Source: Octopus vulgaris
Taxonomy: Eukaryota
Length of the DNA: 64,000 nt
Direction of reading: 5' to 3'
Assembly (NCBI GenBank): GCA_951406725.2
Contig: OX597816.1
Coordinates: 166,036,001-166,100,000 of the forward strand
Shown here: positions 51,501 to 64,000 of the stretch, in pieces
Layout: each line of letters opens with the position of its first letter
Position numbering within the stretch: position 1 is the stretch's first letter
Position numbers and translations under genes: made by a program
Notes under the pieces: generated by a model
What the model was told of the DNA's origin: nothing
The model's input: the letters and a program-made list of their open reading frames with translations, nothing else
Databases searched by the model: none

Positions 51501-52373
51501 TTTTTAAAAACTATTCAGTGACTATATTTATTTTCTGCTGTTATTAGTTGAAATGAACCCTACTAATAGCTTTGCTTGAATTTGTTACATAGTCTAATAC
51601 ATTTATGCTGATAGGTACGAATGAAAATCTATAGCCAGAGTACAAGAGCTGTACCCAGAATGCTGCATTCTGTTCCCACTTGCCCAGAATACCGCGCTTA
51701 GGAAGCAAACTTTTTATCCGTATGCTTACAGCTCATTCAACAGGAAATAACTGCTAGATGTCCCTTAAATCACATCTTACCATCTTTAAAAAAAAAGGTG
51801 AAGTTTTACTGCAGTCTTAGAAACACTAAGAATAAAAAAACACAGGATGATTACGGCTAGAGCGTTTTTAACCATAAGTACTGAATCAGGGTTTCCTGTA
51901 GTTAAACAACAACAATAACGACTCAAACCAACTTTGGAGCCTTTCTATAGTCATTCAACATGCAAAAAATAGCAGCCAAATTACACCATCCACTCCTTCA
52001 AAATATACTCTCATGTCTTAAAATGGAAAAAGTGTATTTCATAATGTACTCCTAGATACATTATGCCAGAAAAAAATGAATGACAGCTGTCACACCTTTG
52101 GTTAAGATTTCCTGATTACTGGAGGCGGCGATGACGACAACGACTACATCGATACCTTTCAAATAATATTTTTTTTAATTAAGAAGTAAATTATATTTTT
52201 TTAATGGTTGTGTACGTCTTCTCTTTGCTATCAAATTAATCAAATAAAAACAAAATTCTATCTTAATGAAACGAAAATAATTTTGAATAATAAAAATTTT
52301 ATTTCGTACAAAGTAACTTTAAATAGTTAAAATGCAACAGTGTAATATTACATTTAAATCATTTGCTATAATT

Positions 52374-52661
52374 CATATACTGTTGTGTCTAGGGAGAGTC
52401 ATATTCCTTTTGTGCCTTATAATGTAACACACTCACCGGTAAAATTTCCACTTATTTCTTATTTTTATTTTCCCAAAATTTTCGTTGCGTCTTGCAACAT
52501 TTTCTATAGTCTTCAAGAGTCAAGACTATTGAAAAGTTTGCAAGACGCAACGAAAATTTTAGGAAAATAAAAATAAGAAATAAGTGGAAATTTTACCGGT
52601 GAGTGTGTTACATTATAAGGCACAAAAAGAAAATGACTCTCCCCAGACGCAACAGAATATG
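52374..52661. repeat. Near-perfect ~290-bp palindrome (fold-back element)
   Basis: ~140-bp arms around the 8-nt loop 52514-52521. Confidence 0.95.
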
Positions 52662-52914
52662 CTTCAGCACACGAACTCATATAAAGAATCTTGCAAACCA
52701 AATCCAAAAACGTAATAAATTCAAATAGTTTTTCTTGTTCAAATATCAATTAGATGATGAATTTACAGTGTCGTTAGAGCATGACTCAAAATATTCCGTT
52801 CCAGTTCACTTAGCATTTTATTCATTCATGCAGATATATTATTTATTTTAGCAAGGAAAATGTTGGGGTGACTTCCCCTTATGATCTGTGACAAATCGAA
52901 CCAGCAGTTACCCA

Positions 52915-53280
52915 TCTTTTTATTTTATTTTTTTCTTTGTCTTTTTGATCACGTGTCAGTCATTGGACTACAACCATATTGGGTTTTAGTCGAACACATC
53001 GATACTAGTATTTAATCTTTTTAGATTCTATCGATCTCTTTTCTGCCACGCTAAATTACAGAGATGTAAACAAACCTATACCGATTATCCACAAACAAAA
53101 ACACACACACTCGCACACGACGGACTTCCGTACAGTTGCCATCAACAAATTTACTCACAAGGTATTAATTGCCCAAGGCTAAAGTAGAATACACTTGCCC
53201 AAGGTGCCACACATTGGGACTGAACTCGAGACCGCCCGGCTGAAAAGCGAGCTTCTTAACCACCCAGCCACACCTGCACT
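52915..53280 (-). mobile_element. Degenerate bipartite family B SINE (head plus module D)
   Basis: Head 53116-53280, short (CA)n, module D 52915-53100; another decayed copy at 53430-53722. Confidence 0.7.
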
Positions 53281-53848
53281 TCCACACGGTCAATACTAAC
53301 CCATATGTCTATCAATGCAGGGGCATCAAACTCTACTTTGCGATGCCAATTGAGGCAAAAGCTAGATCTCACGAGTCGGATAGGAAGGGGACAGTTAATC
53401 CAAAAACCCCTATTCATCATATTCTTTTTTTCTATCTTTTACTTATTTCAATCATTAGAATGCGGCCATGCTGGAGAACCGCCTTCAAGAATTTAGTCGA
53501 GCAAATCGACCCCAATACGTATTTTTAAACCTAGTACTTATTCTATCTATCTCAGTCTACTAAGATAGACGTAAACAAACCAACACCAGTTGTCGAGGGG
53601 GTGAGGGGGCAAACAGAAATACAAGAAACACGGGGCTATGGTAGAAAACGCTTGCCATGCAGTGGGACTGTACTCGGAACCTAGTGTTAAGGAAGCAAAC
53701 ACCTTACCTCACAGCCATGCTTGTGAGTTGGCCCCACTAAAACGATGAAGGAGTCAAAAAACATTATGGCAACTAAATATATCACTTTTTTAGTCTATGG
53801 ATCCATGAGCTTCTTTTCCGTTGGATGAAATTACAAAAGATTCTTTAT

Positions 53849-53980
53849 AGGCGCGGGCATGGCTGTGTGATAAGTAGCTTGCTTTCCAACCACGTGGTTC
53901 CGGGTTCAGTCCCATTGCGTGACACCTTGGGCAGGCGTTTTCTACTATAGCCTCAGGCCGACCAAAGCCTTGTGAGTAGA
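53849..53980 (+). mobile_element. Family B SINE (3'-truncated)
   Basis: 'ggcgcgggcatggctgtgtg...gggttcagtccc...gacaccttgggcagg'. Confidence 0.85.
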
Positions 53981-54784
53981 AAAGAATATTCAAAGCCTCA
54001 GAATGTTTTGCCCACCCATCAACTTACCGATTCTGACATTCATCAATGTTTGTTATAGCAGAATCAATGTGCGTTCCTACGCGTGCTCCCTCGACCTGCG
54101 AGAAATAGCAGCTAAATATCCTTCAAATTACACCCTACAATTTGAAATTTTAGAAAAACATTGTATCGGAATTTTTCGTTCACACCTAAGAAAAAGACAG
54201 GATGATCACGGCTAGAAAACTTTTAATGATAGTTCCGCAGGTATGAATTGACCTACGCAGCATATTGAATTTCTATTTTATCATTATCAGAGAAACGTAA
54301 ATTTAAAGAAATCGAACGATATTATCGATTACATTTGACCCAGCAATTGTTGAATAAGATAATTTTATCGACGCAAGGCAAATTTGGAAATGGCGAGATT
54401 TGAACTTGAGGTGTAACCATCCGTAACTAAATACGCAAAACTCTTTGCTCGACACCTTAGACTATACCATTTCAAACCACCAGCTTTTTGTAGTATTTTT
54501 TCGCATTGACACAATACCATAAATTTGGAGGAAACAGTAATAGTGACGCCATTACGACACCAGTGCGTTATTTGGAAAAAGATGGAGAAAAGGTGAAAAA
54601 CATCCAGATTAACAGGAATAGAACACGGAACATTAAGATTCGTAACTAAATTTTGGAACGCATTTTTTTTACGATGCTCGAAAGATCCTGACAATCCTAC
54701 GATGTTTGGATAGAGAAAAGAAAAATATAAACGAAGATGATAACGATAAACAGAACGAAATATAAGGGGGAGTAAGCACAGGCA

Positions 54785-54839
54785 GACAGAGAGAGACAGA
54801 CAGATAGATAGGTAGATAGACAGACAGATAGATAGATAT

Positions 54840-54888
<49 letters not shown>

Positions 54889-54889
54889 C

Positions 54890-54956
<67 letters not shown>

Positions 54957-54985
54957 GGGAGAAAGAGAGAGAGAGAGAAAGAGAG
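54785..54985. repeat. (GATA)n microsatellite with (GA)n flank
   Basis: Direct reading. Confidence 0.95.
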
Positions 54986-55730
54986 CGGAGGACATTAAAG
55001 GTGATGATGAAGGTAAAAACTGGGAGGAGCTAGATCGATAAGAAGGCTGTTGATTGGTGTATTTTTCTGCCAAGTGATTGAAACGTCAGCTTGTTGCTAA
55101 CCATTTGGCGTGGCGAAAAAAATATTCTTCGGAATTGCGTGGGTACAACATTTCGGCAGTCACGTGCTTCAGACTGTCCACCGTGTGGTTATATAAGCTT
55201 TTTGGTGGGATAAAAAAAAGAGCACATTCAATATCAGTGAGACAAATAATATACGTACATTGACATCTCTATCTCTCTCTCTCACACGCACACACACGTG
55301 TACAAACACAGGCAGACACACACACACATCGACACGCAGAACAGACGCACATGTGTGTGTATGGCTTTTTGCTGGTAATTATATATCTGTATGTGTGTTG
55401 ACGCAATAGTATAAGTGTGTGTGGGTGGATGTCAGTGAATGTGTATGTGTAGGTGTATATGTGTGTGAAGGTGTAAGAACATGTGTGTGTGTGTAGGCAT
55501 ATGTGTATGTAATGTATGCATACGTGTGTATGTATGCGTGTGTGCGTGTGTGTGTTATATATTTTTATTTAGTAAGTCAAAAAGCGCAAGTCGATCTTCA
55601 ACACCATTGCAGTCCCACCAATGCTGACCTGATTAAACTTTGTGTCAGAACTTATATAGATTGATGACCACAGGGAAAATTTAAAGAGAGGTTGGCCGTT
55701 CTGGGCATTTCTGTATAGTTTAGAAATTGC

Positions 55731-56282
55731 CAAGTGGTACGGGTCACGGATGGAATTGTTTGGGCGGCTTTTATTTCACATCGTAACTCTGGCAAGACCA
55801 AAATCCGAAAAACAAAATATTCCTTTGCATATAGACAAATACAGGTATAACAAATACCATACAACATAAATTCTTCATTTTAATAAAATGATCTCTAATT
55901 CTAGATGGTCAAAAAGACCAGTTCCGTCAGAGAAGGGTAGACAATCTCAGGACTCAAGAATTCTCCAAACCGTTAAGGAACAGGACAAACATTTTGTTTG
56001 AAGATAGGAGGATAGTGTGGACACATGTTTCGGGCTCAGTAGCCATCGTCAGTATGACAATTTACCAACCTTATCTCCATTAATCAAAGGACTTAGACAT
56101 ATATAAGGAGTAGAAGACATTTATGGTCTAGGTCAGCGCTTCTGAAACTTGTTTTCATTCATGACCCCATTTTTTATCACGAGAATTTTCACGATTCCAC
56201 AGACACGTGTACCCTTAACGCAGTTCTCGGGGAGATTCGGCGTGACACAGAGTGTGACAAGGCTGGCCCTTCGAAATACAGG
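55731..56282. repeat. Left arm of ~550-bp inverted duplication (right arm 57488-58028)
   Basis: Continuous reverse-complement similarity from 'caagtggtacgggtcacgg' to 'ttcgaaatacagg'. Confidence 0.92.
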
Positions 56283-56701
56283 TACAACAGAAACAGGAAG
56301 AAATAGTGAGAGAAAATTGTGGTGAAAGAGTACTGCAGGGTTCTCCACCAGCCCCTGTCGTAGCCTCGTGGAGCTTTAGATGTTTTCGCTCAATAAACAC
56401 TCACAACACTCGAAACCACGATCCTACGACCGTGAGTCCGTTGCCCTAACCACTGGGCCATTGTGCCTCCACACGACACCAGGTATTAAATATGAAATGA
56501 AACATACAAATATATAAATCATTTATTTTTTTGCTGAAAAATATGCCTATAAAAAAAGTAGTTATTATCATTTGTCAAAATGAAAGAAGTTTTAGGATTT
56601 GTGTGTTTGTGAAATAACACATAAACTGAAATCCAGGTGTTTGAATTTAAATTTCGCGACCCCAGCATTTCGCTTCGTGACCCATAGTTTAAGAAGCGCT
56701 G
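56134..56701. mobile_element. hAT/Charlie-type MITE with nested family C SINE (56193-56473, minus)
   Basis: TIR cagcgcttctgaaact / agtttaagaagcgctg; flanks gtctaggt / gtctcgga (6 of 8 match). Confidence 0.75.
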
Positions 56702-56789
56702 GTCTCGGAAATCTGTATAAATTAAATAAAAATGAGCTAGGAGAGATAACTCAGAGGGATTAGTTGCACAACAACATTAAAAAATAACT

Positions 56790-57102
56790 GGCTGCAACGA
56801 TGATCGTTCCAGTTGATCCCATCAGTCAAACGGCCTGCTCGTGAAATTAACGTTCAAGTGGTTGAGCACTCCACGGATACACGTGTCCTTAACGTAGATC
56901 TCGGGGAGGTTCAGTGTGACACAGAGTGTAACAAGACTGGCCCTTTGATATTGCAGATACTACTCGTTTTTGCCAGCTGAGTGGACTGGCGCAACATGAA
57001 ATAAAGTTTCTTGCTGAAGAATACAACGTGCCGCCAGAAATCGAGCTCACGATCTAATGACCGTGAGCCGAATACCCTAATCACGAAGCTACGCGCATCC
57101 AC
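56790..57102 (-). mobile_element. Family C SINE (head 1 + tail 1)
   Basis: Reverse match to 16300-16625. Confidence 0.85.
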
Positions 57103-57195
57103 TACATAGGCAAATACAGGTATATAAAATATTACACAACATAAACTCTCGGTTTAGTTAAATTATCTCTGCCTCTAGATGTATCATAATTAGTT

Positions 57196-57405
57196 TCCAA
57201 TTTGGCACAAGGCCAGCAATTTTAGGGGAAGGGTGGCTAGTCTATCACATCGACTTCAGTGTTCAACTGGTACTTATTTTATCGACCCCGAAAGGAGGAA
57301 AACCAAAGTCAATCTCTGCGGAATTTGAACTCAGAACATAAAGACAGATGAACTGCTACTAAACTTTTTGCCCAGCGTGCTAACGATTCTGCCAGCCCTT
57401 TGCCT
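57196..57405 (-). mobile_element. Family A SINE
   Basis: Family A motifs in reverse. Confidence 0.85.
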
Positions 57406-58159
57406 TGGGATGTGTTATGATCACCAAATGGAAACAGACACCAACTGTTACCTTCTTTACATCCTTGTTGATGCCACTTACCTGCTCCCTGTATTTCGAA
57501 GGGCCAGCCTTGTCACACTCTGTGTCACGCCGAATCTCCCCGAGAACTGCGTTAAGGGTACACGTGTCTGTGGAATCGTAAAAAATGGGGTCATGAATGA
57601 AAAAAAAGTTTAAGAAGCGCTGACCTAGACCATAAATGTCTTCTACTCCTTATATTAAAGGTCTAAGTCCTTTGATTAATGGAGATAAGGTTGGTAAATT
57701 GTTATACTGACAATGGCTACTGAACCCGAAACACGTGTCCACACTGTCCTCCTATCTTCAAACAAAATGTTTGTCCGTTTCCTTAACGGTTTGGAGAATT
57801 CTTGAGTCCTGAGATTGTCTACCCTTCTCTGACGGAGCTGGTCTTTTTGACCATCTAGAAGCAGAGATCATTTTATTAAAATGAAGAATTTATGTTGTAT
57901 GATATTTGTTATACCTGTATTTGTCTATATGCAAAGGAATATTTTGTTTTTCGGATTTTGGTCTTGCCAGAGTTACGATGTGGAATAAAAGCCGCCCAAA
58001 CCACCCCATCCGTGACCCGTACCACTTGTCTCTCACTGGTGACCTTTCTCCCTCAAGAAGTTCGGTGAAAGCAATTTCGTTGTCCTTGATATGTCTGACA
58101 CAAGAACCTCTTCTTCTAAATTACCCTCTTCCTATGGATTCCATTGTTGTTATTATTGT

Positions 58160-58440
58160 TTGTTCCTTCTCGACCCATACCTGGCTCATAGGGGCCGGTT
58201 TCCCGGTTTCATTGCTGTATAGGTTCCTCACCTGGACGGGTCGCCGGTCCGTCGCAGGAGGAAAGAATGAGAGAAAGTTGTGGCGAAAGAGTCAGCAGAA
58301 GTTCGCCATTACCTTCCGCCGGAGCCGCGTGGAGGTTAGGTGTTTCGCTCATAAACACACACATCGCTCGGTCTGAGATTCGAATCCGCGATCCCTCGAC
58401 CGCGAGTCCGCTGCTCTAACCACTAGGTCATGTGCCCCCA
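58160..58440 (-). mobile_element. Family C SINE (head 2 + tail 2)
   Basis: Reverse match to 21075-21370. Confidence 0.85.
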
Positions 58441-58616
58441 CATAGATTCCATTGTTCATTTGATTTTTAGGTTGAAAGATCGTAACGTGCCATTTAAGCG
58501 TGAAACGATAGGCTTTCTATGACTGCTCCCAGGCTTTATCGATTCTGTTGTGCTTCAATGTTCATGCATGCAAGCATGTGTACAGTCATGCTTACATATA
58601 TGCAAATAAACATACA

Positions 58617-59030
58617 TCTATATATAAAGTTAAATCTCTCTATATACATAAAGCTGAAGTTGTCTGTGTATGGCAGGTTTGGTAGCCTTCAACTAACACT
58701 ATCTCCTCCGAGACCCTGCAGCGCAAGTTGACCAAAATTGAGAGTATGATAGAAGAAGGCTTGCTCTTCATTCCGTAGGAGAAAAAATTCAAATCGGACC
58801 ATGTTAACACCAAAAATTATATACATCAAAAAGGTGTTGTTTTTTTCTATGAAAATCCCTATTTTTTACGATTTTTTGACTGCTGTGTTGCCATTTTTCG
58901 GTGTATTTCAACCAGAAAAAGGTTCACTTAAAGAGAATAAGAAGCTATATAATGCAAAATTTTTACTTTTCAAAAATTCCAATTCTAAAGGGTCTAAACA
59001 AACCCGAGCAACGCCAGGCGATACTGCTAG
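58617..59030 (+). mobile_element. Non-autonomous Helitron
   Basis: a|TCtatatataaag start (alternative start 58635); 3' end aaacccgagcaacgccaggcgatactgCTAG|t, near-identical to the end of 49499-49895. Confidence 0.85.
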
Positions 59031-59199
59031 TTTTCTTATAAAGTATATTTTTAAGTATACTTCACAATATATGGACTGTATTAAGAAGTGCTCATTGCGA
59101 GCTAAATCGAAGGAAAAAGGAAATTTTAGAAGGAACAAATCTAGGCAAATAGAAATTCACAGCATAATTTAAAATACACAACCAGATGAATATACATAT

Positions 59200-59535
59200 G
59201 AGATCCCCTTCGGTCTTGACTGACCGTGGGATTGCACCTAGAAAGTTACCCTCCGAGGCACAAGTCCGGGCAAGGTTGTTTATGGAAGGCCATCAGTAGC
59301 CCATGCATACTGGCCTCCCCTCTCCACGCCACCAGTGGAATCCAAGGGAATGGCAAAGGCCAATACAGCTTGGCACCTGTGACGTCGCAACTCATTTCTA
59401 CAGCTGAGTGAACTGGAGTAACGTGAAATAAAGGGTCTTTCTCAAGAAGACAACACGCAGCCCGATCCAGGATTGGAACTCACAACCTCACGATCGTAAG
59501 CCCGACGCTCTAACCACTGAGCCATGTGCCTTCAC
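59200..59535 (-). mobile_element. Family C SINE (head 1 + tail 3)
   Basis: 'cagctgagtgaactggagtaacgtgaaataaagggtctttctcaagaagacaacacgc' head joined to a distinct tail. Confidence 0.8.
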
Positions 59536-59789
59536 ATAGTGAATATACATATAAATTTATAAATCAGTGAACAAAATTACATGTAAAAGACATATATACA
59601 TCTATATATATGCACACATACCTACGTGCGTACGTGCATGCATGCATGCATGCATACATACATACATACATACATACATACATACATACATACATACATA
59701 CATACATACATACATACATACATACATACATACATGTTACTGTGTTTCGCTGTGTCTTGCTGTTGCTGTTTTCTTTGCAGTTGTTGTTG

Positions 59790-60160
59790 CTGCTGCTGTT
59801 GAGCGAACGGTCTTCGTCCCAGAGCTCGCAAGATGGGAGAAGTCCGAAACGTGGTCCTTTGCCTATTCGTAAGACCCGCAGAAGAGAAAGCAGGTCAACT
59901 CCCGACACCGAGAGCATCGACGGATGAATGAATGCGCATCCAGGCTCAGCGGTTGCGTAGGAAGTCGGGGACAAGAAACAAGAAGAAAGAGTGAGAGAAA
60001 GTTGGGGCGAAAGAATACAACAGGGGTCGCCACCGGAGCCTCGTGGAGCTTTAGGTGTTTTCGCTCAATAAACACACAAAACGCCCGGTTTGGGAATCGA
60101 AACCGCGATCCTCCAACCGCGAGTCCGCTGCCCTAACCACTGGGCCATTGCGCCCCCACT
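59790..60160 (-). mobile_element. Family C SINE (head 2 + GC-rich tail 4)
   Basis: Head colinear with 17088-17275 in reverse; 3' segment differs. Confidence 0.75.
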
Positions 60161-60639
60161 TTGCTGCTGTTGCTCTTGCTTCTCTCATTTCGCTTTTATG
60201 TTATTTTTGTTAGTATTTTTTCCTGTTTCTGTTGTTGTAGAGCCTCAGGTCAACTCCAATTGAAAAAAACCATCAAAAACCATTCCACTCGTGACCAACC
60301 TGTCTGTTCATAGTTGTCCAGGATTAGAATTACCCACCTTTTAAAAAAAAAGAGCAGGTTCTAATTTTGACGAAGATTTGACTACTATTTCTAGCAGGCC
60401 TAGCTTAGGAGTAGTACTTATTCCATTGTAATTCTCAGGTGAGTATGCAAAGAGTTAGTAATTATGAATGAGTTAGAGAATGTACTGAAACGGAGATGCT
60501 ACTGGCTACAGGAAACAGAAATTCAATGAAGAAAATTAAAACATCTCAAAATATACATAATTATGTTTTGTCGTGTTGTTATTTATTGCTAAAATAAAGC
60601 GGCGGTAAAACAGCCGATATTATACAGAGTTTGTACGTC

Positions 60640-60658
60640 TGTGTGTGTGTGTGTGTGC

Positions 60659-60720
<62 letters not shown>

Positions 60721-60727
60721 ATGCATA

Positions 60728-60789
<62 letters not shown>

Positions 60790-61190
60790 CAGATGTTTCT
60801 GTTTGTATGCATGTATATATATATATATATATAGATATAGATATGGATATATACGTATATGTGTATGCATGCATACGTGTATGTATGCACGTACATATGT
60901 ATGTACCTACGTATGTATGTATGTATGTATGTATGTATGTATGAATGTATGTATGAATGTATGTATGTATGAATGTATGTATGTATGTATGTATGTATGT
61001 ATGTATGTATGTATGTATGTATGTATGTATGTATGTATGTATGTATGTATGTATGTATGTATGTATGTATGTATGTATGTATGTATGTATGTATGTATGT
61101 ATGTATGTATGTATGTATGTATGTATGTATGTATGTATGTATGTATGTATGTATGTATGTATGTGTGTGTGTGTAAGTGTATGTGTATAT
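60640..61190. repeat. (TG)n, (TA)n and long (TATG)n microsatellite block
   Basis: Direct reading. Confidence 0.97.
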
Positions 61191-61228
61191 AAAGCCGAAA
61201 GAATGCAATTTGTAAAAGATAATACAGA

Positions 61229-61416
61229 TCGATGTTTAATACATTTACCTGCTATTTCAATATTTCGGTGTTATGACCTCATCTTCAGGAAATCTTCGGA
61301 GAAATCGTGTTGTGAACTACAGTACAGAGAAGTCAGTTCACAACAGCAATTTCCCGAAGATTTCTCGAGGAAAGCGTCTTAACCCCGAAATACCGAAATA
61401 CAGGTTAAACCATCGA
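61229..61416. repeat. Fold-back element with minimal hammerhead-like motif (61255-61292, minus)
   Basis: Arms 'aaatcttcggagaaat...tgttgtgaact' / 'agttcacaaca...atttcccgaagattt'; reverse complement TTTC-CTGAAGA-tga-GGT.cataac.ACC-GAAA-TAT-T-GAAA. Confidence 0.7.
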
Positions 61417-62341
61417 CTTGTATAATTTCATATAACTGGTATGTTTTTGGAGGCGGGGAAGGGGCTTAAAAAATAATTGTATATATATATATGTACATGT
61501 AAGCATATGCATTTATGCATCTGTTTATGCATATATACATGTATTTATAAAAAGATTTTGCAACAAATTCTTGTTAGAGTCTCATTTGAAGAAAGATTTT
61601 CTTAAGATATCAATTATTTATATAAAAATGTTTTAAAAAGCAAAATGACTAGAAATTTTTGGAGGGAAGTTTTTGTGTTGTGTTTGTGCTGTTTAGTTTT
61701 TTAAACAAATGTTTTATGAGGCAACCTGTATATATGTATAAATCTGTAAGGCGGGACTCTAAATTAGGAGTTTCATGTAACTGATAATTCAACTAGTAGT
61801 CCGAGTCGCTTTGGTTTTCACGTATCAATTATTCGAATATATCACGCATATACTAAAACGCAATGTGTTTCACACCCCGATCACGCTAGGAGAGGGAAGC
61901 TAAAACAACAAAGGAAGTGAGATGAATGAAAGTCAGAAAATTTTAATGGGCTGGAGTGAGGTATTTTGCCATGAAATGATAAAGTAAAAACCGCAAGTAT
62001 TTGTCAACAATTTCATTTAATGTATTAATTTCATAAATATGTATGTATGTGTGTATGTATGGATGTATGGATGGATGGATGGATGGATGGATGGATGCAT
62101 TATGTGAAGTTAACTATTAATGTTGTTTTTTTTCCTTTTTAAATTAAAAAAAATTTATTGCCCGCTTTTTCCATGCTTACCCTTCCTGACACTAACTCTT
62201 ATCTGTTTATCCCAGTAAAGTAGTAAAGTATAACTTTCTTCAAACGTGTTTGAAACGAGGAGCTGTCAATAGACAACACCGTTTTTAGGGATGTTTCCAA
62301 GCTCGCTGACGTCTTAACCACACACATACACTAATATATAT

Positions 62342-62413
<72 letters not shown>

Positions 62414-62452
62414 CAGGGCTTAGTAAAACTAAAAGACTGCTGCAATAAGTGT

Positions 62453-63090
62453 GTGAAAACAATAAAACATAACACCATATCTCATCTCAAAACACTATTG
62501 TATATATCAACTCACAAGCTTAGAAACAATGAGGCATACAACACTATTGCACAAAATCTTCCTTTACTAACTAGAGACCCAAAAATGAACAATATCCTGA
62601 AAGCACATGAATTCATCAAATGCAAAAGGCAACACAAATCGTTAAAGAGACTTCTAACAAATGCGAAGCTTTACACCACAATCACGAAACCAACGGTTAA
62701 AAAATGTGGACGCCTAAACTGTGGAACATGCCCCAACCTACTTGAAGGCTCGGATATCCTTTTCAAACAAATTTCCTTTTCACTTGTGCCTCTGGAAATT
62801 TAATTTATGTAATAACCTGTTCGGGTTGTGGACATCACTACATAGGACAGACGAGTATGACATTGAGACGGAGAACCACTCTACATAAAGAGCAGATCCG
62901 GTTCTCGTAATACAGACAGATTTTCCTTTAAGTGGACACACAGAGAGATGTTCAGGTAACAGCAAACCAAATTTCACAGTTTTTCCTTTCTACCAATGTA
63001 AAGATACAATTTCTATACAAGAACGTTTAAATAAAGAGAATTTATTCATCAAAAAATACAGAACATGTCTAAATATGCACAAATAACCAA
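62453..63090 (+). pseudogene. Penelope-like element GIY-YIG endonuclease region, decayed
   Basis: KKCGRLNCGTC; GNLIYVITCSGCGHHYIGQT (GIY-YIG); IQERLNKENLFIKKYRTCLN; frameshift near 62775 and internal stops. Confidence 0.85.
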
Positions 63091-63175
63091 CTTTGATCTC
63101 TATACATATTTTAATTCACGATTACATACCCATAACTATACATAATTCTTCCCAGTACTCTAGTTTTTGAATTTT

Positions 63176-63210
<35 letters not shown>

Positions 63211-63381
63211 TTCCCACCCCCACCCCACCACCGAAACATCAACAATTATCCCCCCTGTCCACAATGATAACGATAACCAATGCATCCCCTTAGATTTTTC
63301 TAAGTGTTGAATCATTCATTCATTAACTCCACACAGGACATGGACAAAAAATTGTTTTTAAGAAAAGACATATTTAAATAA

Positions 63382-63516
<135 letters not shown>

Positions 63517-64000
63517 TGAAAAGTTCCTGGCTCGGGGTAAAACAAAATACAGGAGGATCAGTTAATTATAACGACTAATGGAGGAAGAATGAATGAGGAA
63601 ATGCGAAAGAATAAAAGATAGAATGATTGAGTGACAGAGATAGATTTTTGAATGGCTGAAGCAGCAGGTATTTCGATGAATACAAGCTGCAACGTCTTTG
63701 TCGTAGAATTTGCGAGAAATTTATTTGTAAAGAAAAAGAAAAGGAATTGAAAAATACGCTTAATGATTATATAAGTTCACATGCACGCACACACACACAC
63801 ACACACGTATGTATGTATGAATGTCATTATTCAGTTTATTTCCAGGTTTCTTGCCAATAGAGAAAGAACCGATTTCTAACCTAAATCCAGGGTTCCTTAA
63901 TTGGAATTTCAACATCAATAACAGGGTATTTTTGTTTCTTAGTGTGTGTGTATGTATGTATGTATGTATGTATGTATGTATGTATGTATGTGCAGATTTG

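Noticed and set aside
59790-59927. GC-rich frame SERSSSQSSQDGRSPKRGPLPIRK as an exon
   Set aside because: It is contiguous with a minus-strand family C SINE head and is most simply that SINE's 3' module.

Overview
AT-rich, repeat-saturated eukaryotic DNA, most likely intergenic or deep-intronic sequence from an octopus or another coleoid cephalopod. That assignment is an inference from the tRNA-derived SINE families and the extreme microsatellite load. I can support no intact protein-coding gene. Nearly all ORFs in the track are microsatellite translations or decayed transposon fragments. The window holds dozens of SINE copies in about five families and decayed R4/Dong-type, RTE, CR1-like and Penelope retroelements. 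It also holds hAT/Charlie, mariner, maT and pogo-like DNA transposons or MITEs, two non-autonomous Helitrons, local duplications and many fold-back palindromes. Five signals stand out. (1) One SINE 3' tail is followed by G(G/A)TATT at all 8 intact junctions, including one outside any SINE; this suggests a sequence-targeted SINE that inserts into its own family and builds ~180-bp multimers. (2) Minimal hammerhead-ribozyme motifs occur in Penelope-derived fold-back elements, one directly downstream of a tRNA-like Pol III head. (3) A retrozyme-like pair of hammerhead motifs is split by a MITE. (4) An in-window empty-site paralogue shows a Helitron inserted at A|T with no target-site duplication. 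(5) SINE heads and tails occur in shuffled combinations. All coordinates were read by eye; boundaries of degenerate elements are approximate.
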